IMG/VR virus record: IMGVR_UViG_3300005805_000396
Coordinates: 1-26,749 of that record
Length of the DNA stretch: 26,749 bases
Direction: 5' to 3' (one strand)
Source: a virus
Lineage: Duplodnaviria > Caudoviricetes
Part shown: positions 23,014 through 26,749 of the stretch, one piece after another
Numbering within the stretch: the stretch's first letter is position 1
Layout of the letters: each line of letters opens with the position of its first letter
Program-made: the position numbers and the translations under genes
The notes under the pieces: model-generated
Told to the model about the DNA's origin: nothing
What the model saw: only the letters and a program-made list of their open reading frames with translations
The model's database searches: none

Positions 23014-25341
23014 ATGATAACAGTGACCAAACGCAGCGGAGAGCGCGTACCTCTTGATATTTCCAAGATACAACGACAGGTAGCAAATGCCTGTAGAGAC
23101 ATTGATGCAGTCAGTCCATCGATGATTGAGATTAAAGCACAGATAGAATTTTATGATGGAATGACCACCACTACAATCGACGAACTATTATTAAAGGCCA
23201 TGGTCAACCTCATCGACGAGACTGAGAATCCAGAAATTAATCATGTTAACTATCAGTATGTAGCAGGTAGACAGCGGGTCAGTATGTTACGTAAGGAAGT
23301 CTACGGCACATATGATCCTCCCAGGCTATATGATATTGTAAAGACCAATGTTCAAGCAGGGATGTATACCGCAGACTTGCTGGAATGGTACAGCGAAGCA
23401 GAATGGGATATTATTAATCTTTTCATTGATCATGCTAAGGATGAAGATTATACCTACGCTGCTATCGAACAACTTGCAGAAAAGTATTTGGTACAGAATA
23501 GAAGCACCGGCAAAATATTTGAAAGTCCTCAGGTACGTTATGCTATCGCTGCTGCTACGGCTTTTCATGCTGAAGACAAAGACAAAAGATTAAAGTATGT
23601 AAAAGAATATTATGAATGTGCTAGTGATGGTCACTTCACTCTTGCCACCCCGGTGCTAGCAGGACTAGGCACAACCACCAAGCAATTCAGTAGCTGTGTA
23701 TTGATTAGCAGTGACGACACGCTGGATAGTATTTTTGCTGCAGGAGAAATGATGGCCAAGTATGCTAGCAAACGTGCTGGCATTGGTTTAGAAATTGGTC
23801 GAATTCGTCCTCTAGGTTCTCCTATTCGTAACGGTGAAATTAAACATACAGGAATGATCCCATTTTTAAAGAAGTGGTTTGCTGATCTACGTAGTTGCAG
23901 TCAAGGCGGGATTCGCAATGCCAGTTGCACTGTGACTTTTCCTATATGGCATGCGCAATTTGAAGATTTGATCGTATTAAAAAACAATCAGGGAACTGAA
24001 GAAACCCGTGTGAGACAAATGGATTACAGTGTTGTGATCAGCAATTTGTTCTGGCGTAGATATAAAAACAATGAGCCTATTACTCTCTTTGATCCACATG
24101 AAGTACCAGATCTCTACGAAGCCTACTATAGAGATACTAAAGAGTTTGAACGACTTTATACTAAGTACGAACAGGATAAAAAACTTCGTAAAAAGATTGT
24201 TAGTGCGGATGAAATATTCAAAAACGGAATTTTAAAAGAACGAACAGATACAGGTCGCATCTATCTAGTTAATATTGATAATGTTATTAATCAAGGGCCC
24301 TTTGATTGCGAACAAGATCCAATTTATCAAAGTAACCTTTGTCAAGAAATTCTCTTGCCTACCAGACCATTCCAGAGAATTGAGGATGAGAACGGCAGAA
24401 TTGCACTTTGCACGTTAGGCAGTATTAACTGGGGTGCATTTAAAACTCCGGCGGACATGAAACGTGCTTGCCGCGTATTGGTTCGTAGTCTTAGTAATCT
24501 GCTCATGTATCAAGATTTTCTCAGTTTACAGAGCAAACTAGCGAATAGAGATTTTGAGCCCTTAGGTGTGGGTATTACCAATCTTGCCTACTGGCATGCC
24601 AAGCGAAGTTTGAAATATGGTGAGGCTGAAGCTTTAGCAGAAGTCAAAAAGTGGATGGAGCACCAGGCATATTACCTAACACAGATGAGCGTGGAACTTG
24701 CTAAAGAACGAGGATCTTGTGTTCGCAGTAAGAATACATATTACGGCCAGGGAGTATTTCCTTGGGAGCGTCGCAATAAGAATGTAAATGAACTCACAGA
24801 TTTCACTGCATCGTCCAATTTAAATTGGGAAGAATTAAGAAAGGATCTTAAAGAATACGGTATAAGAAATGCCACGCTAATGGCAATTGCTCCTGTAGAA
24901 AGCAGCAGTGTTGTGCTTAACAGTACTAACGGAATTGAAATGCCAATGGAACTGATAAGTGTTAAAGAAAGCAAGGCAGGCTCTTTTGTACAAGTTGTAC
25001 CAGACTATAAAAGACTGAGAAACAAATATCAGTTAATGTGGGATCAACAAGATTGCATTGGTTATCTCAAAACTGCGGCTGTTCTAGCAGCTTACATTGA
25101 TCAAAGCATAAGTACAAATACCTTTTACAATCCTGCACACTTCGCTGGTGGTAAGGTTCCTGGAACTTTAGTAGCTAAAAATCTAATGCTAGCTAACCGT
25201 TGGGGATTAAAAACCATGTATTACAGCCTCATTAATAAAGTCGGCGCGAAGGTCAGTGTTACTGCTACAAATAACGATAGTGTTGTATTAGTAGAAACAT
25301 TGAACACAGCAGAAGACGACTGTGAGGCATGCAAATTATAA
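23014..25341 (+). CDS. nrdA: Ribonucleoside-diphosphate reductase class Ia, alpha subunit
   Basis: ATP cone VTKRSGERVPLDISKI; QFSSCVL, SNLCQEI, LCTLGSIN catalytic cysteines; MAIAPVESSS; KTMYY; C-terminal CEAC. Confidence 0.97.
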   Translation: MITVTKRSGERVPLDISKIQRQVANACRDIDAVSPSMIEIKAQIEFYDGMTTTTIDELLLKAMVNLIDETENPEINHVNYQYVAGRQRVSMLRKEVYGTYDPPRLYDIVKTNVQAGMYTADLLEWYSEAEWDIINLFIDHAKDEDYTYAAIEQLAEKYLVQNRSTGKIFESPQVRYAIAAATAFHAEDKDKRLKYVKEYYECASDGHFTLATPVLAGLGTTTKQFSSCVLISSDDTLDSIFAAGEMMAKYASKRAGIGLEIGRIRPLGSPIRNGEIKHTGMIPFLKKWFADLRSCSQGGIRNASCTVTFPIWHAQFEDLIVLKNNQGTEETRVRQMDYSVVISNLFWRRYKNNEPITLFDPHEVPDLYEAYYRDTKEFERLYTKYEQDKKLRKKIVSADEIFKNGILKERTDTGRIYLVNIDNVINQGPFDCEQDPIYQSNLCQEILLPTRPFQRIEDENGRIALCTLGSINWGAFKTPADMKRACRVLVRSLSNLLMYQDFLSLQSKLANRDFEPLGVGITNLAYWHAKRSLKYGEAEALAEVKKWMEHQAYYLTQMSVELAKERGSCVRSKNTYYGQGVFPWERRNKNVNELTDFTASSNLNWEELRKDLKEYGIRNATLMAIAPVESSSVVLNSTNGIEMPMELISVKESKAGSFVQVVPDYKRLRNKYQLMWDQQDCIGYLKTAAVLAAYIDQSISTNTFYNPAHFAGGKVPGTLVAKNLMLANRWGLKTMYYSLINKVGAKVSVTATNNDSVVLVETLNTAEDDCEACKL

Positions 25342-25532
25342 GCGATAAGGAAATTAAAAAGTTTGCCTGGTTTCCTATAAGAGTTACTAGCGGCAAATTA
25401 GTATGGCTAAGTTCTTATTATGAACATAGAATGCTTTATGATCCCATTACATTGAAACCTCCATTGATAGGTTATCAGTATATATGGACCGAAACAGAAA
25501 AAGAGAAAGTTTGGCGTTTGTTAAAGGAATAA
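25329..25532 (+). CDS. Small hypothetical protein (FAWxP..VWL motif)
   Basis: 67 aa; GAGG SD; fills the gap between nrdA and the aldolase gene. Confidence 0.6.
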   Translation: MQIISDKEIKKFAWFPIRVTSGKLVWLSSYYEHRMLYDPITLKPPLIGYQYIWTETEKEKVWRLLKE

Positions 25533-25535
25533 ATT

Positions 25536-26174
25536 ATGCTAGAAACAATTTGCGATATTTTAGTGGATGCCTATAAAAGAAACTGGATTACCAGTCGCGA
25601 TGGTAACATTTCTATTCGGCACCATGATCGCGACTATTTTTATATCACCCCCAGCGGTGTTCGAAAACAAACACTTCAGCCAGATCAGTTCAAAAAGATA
25701 AAAATTATAGATAACGGTTGGGAAGCTTCCCATTGGGAAGAATTACCGTATACTGACATTAGTAAAAATTTAAAGCCTAGCGGTGAAATACCAATGCATT
25801 TTGGATTACAAAAAATGTTAGGCCAACATAATCACGACGTTCGTGTAGTAGTACACATTCATCCGACTTATATCGTAGCAGCGATGCATGCGGGTATAGA
25901 ATTGGATAAATTAGTAAAAGATTTTCCAGAATTAGGCAGATACACTAAAGTTGCGCCTAATGTTCCAGATGTTCCGCCTATTAGCGAAGAATTAGCACAG
26001 GGCGTACATAATAATCTATTACTTGACAAAGATGGTTATACTAAGTATGATATTGTAGGAATAAAGGGTCACGGCGTTGTAAGCATAGATACTAGTCCAT
26101 GGCGCGCCTACGAACATATAGAAAGATTAGAACATATCTGTAAAATAGTACTAGCATCGGGGAATTATAAATGA
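25536..26174 (+). CDS. Class II aldolase/adducin family protein (FucA/AraD/MtnB fold)
   Basis: SRDGNISIR, ITPSG, KPSGEIPMH, VVHIHP, KGHGVVS: putative Zn-binding histidines and catalytic Glu present. Confidence 0.9.
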   Translation: MLETICDILVDAYKRNWITSRDGNISIRHHDRDYFYITPSGVRKQTLQPDQFKKIKIIDNGWEASHWEELPYTDISKNLKPSGEIPMHFGLQKMLGQHNHDVRVVVHIHPTYIVAAMHAGIELDKLVKDFPELGRYTKVAPNVPDVPPISEELAQGVHNNLLLDKDGYTKYDIVGIKGHGVVSIDTSPWRAYEHIERLEHICKIVLASGNYK

Positions 26175-26749
26175 GTAAAGCACAATACGATTTAACCAAA
26201 CAAACAAACTATCTCAAGCGCAAGATGTTTTTGGATCCAGAGGGACCAGTTACAGTTCAACGCTTTGAAGAAGTAAAGTACCCTAAGATTGCTAAGTTTG
26301 AAGAATTAGCTCGTGGATTCTTTTGGGTTCCAGAAGAGATCAGTCTTACCAAAGATAAGATCGATCACAAAGAAGCCAGCGAAGCAGTAAAGCATATCTT
26401 TACTTCCAATCTATTACGACAGACTGCACTGGACAGTATACAAGGTCGTGCTCCGGCACAGGTATTCAGCCCAGTGATTAGCATTCCAGAATTAGAAGCA
26501 TTAGTGAATAATTGGAGTTTTTTTGAAACTAATATTCATTCAAAGAGTTACAGTCACATTATTCGCAATGTCTATGGTGTGCCCAAAGAAGAATTCAACA
26601 AAATTCACGACACTAAAGAAATTGTAGAGATGGCTGCTAACATCGGTCGTTACTATGAGGACCTGCACAAACTGAATTGTAAAAAAGAATTGGGTCGCGA
26701 AGTTGATGTCTACGAACACAAGAAAGCAATTTGGTTAGCATTAAATGCA
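26171..26749 (+). CDS. nrdB: Ribonucleotide reductase class Ia, beta subunit, 3'-truncated (absent from the ORF track)
   Basis: Manual translation from ATG 26171 (ATGA overlap): MSKAQYDL..VQRFEEVKYP..GFFWVPEEISL..FTSNLLRQTALDSIQGRAP..WSFFETNIHSKSYSHIIRN; open to the window end. Confidence 0.95.
   Translation, partial: MSKAQYDLTKQTNYLKRKMFLDPEGPVTVQRFEEVKYPKIAKFEELARGFFWVPEEISLTKDKIDHKEASEAVKHIFTSNLLRQTALDSIQGRAPAQVFSPVISIPELEALVNNWSFFETNIHSKSYSHIIRNVYGVPKEEFNKIHDTKEIVEMAANIGRYYEDLHKLNCKKELGREVDVYEHKKAIWLALNA

Noticed and set aside
23014-25341. Intein or intron in nrdA
   Set aside because: 775 aa is the normal class Ia length, with continuous motifs.
1-26749. Stop-codon reassignment, tRNA genes, CRISPR arrays, IS elements
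   Set aside because: Genes tile densely in the standard code and use TAA, TGA and TAG stops; intergenic gaps are short and I saw no cloverleaf, array or transposase.

Overview
A 26.7 kb, AT-rich, densely coding segment of a large T4-like/jumbo tailed phage. It uses the standard genetic code and nearly all genes are on the + strand. Left to right: (1) the 5'-truncated end of a Gly-rich/Ig/LamG fibre gene, its usual small companion gene, a four-domain glycosyltransferase-methyltransferase fusion (GT-B, GT2, GT2, FkbM), two Ser/Thr-rich structural proteins and an exported thermonuclease. (2) A block of about 10 kb of late genes, many starting with an M-[KR]-x-x-[ED]-hydrophobic N-terminus and carrying hydrophobic-X-Glu sites at domain boundaries. 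This suggests capsid-targeted, prohead-protease-processed cargo, including a nucleotidase/metallopeptidase/basic-peptide polyprotein and a SAM methyltransferase. (3) A PD-(D/E)xK exonuclease, a beta-helix tail protein and a class Ia ribonucleotide reductase operon (nrdA, small ORF, class II aldolase, 3'-truncated nrdB). T4-type late promoter boxes (NNTAAATA) recur upstream of many genes. Two hairpins hide ribosome-binding sites, and a near-consensus sigma70 promoter for nrd lies inside a coding sequence. The two best candidates for an undescribed system are the protease-processed capsid cargo block and a possible phage-encoded virion glycosylation system acting on Ser/Thr tracts. All family calls come from motif recognition by eye; no searches were run.
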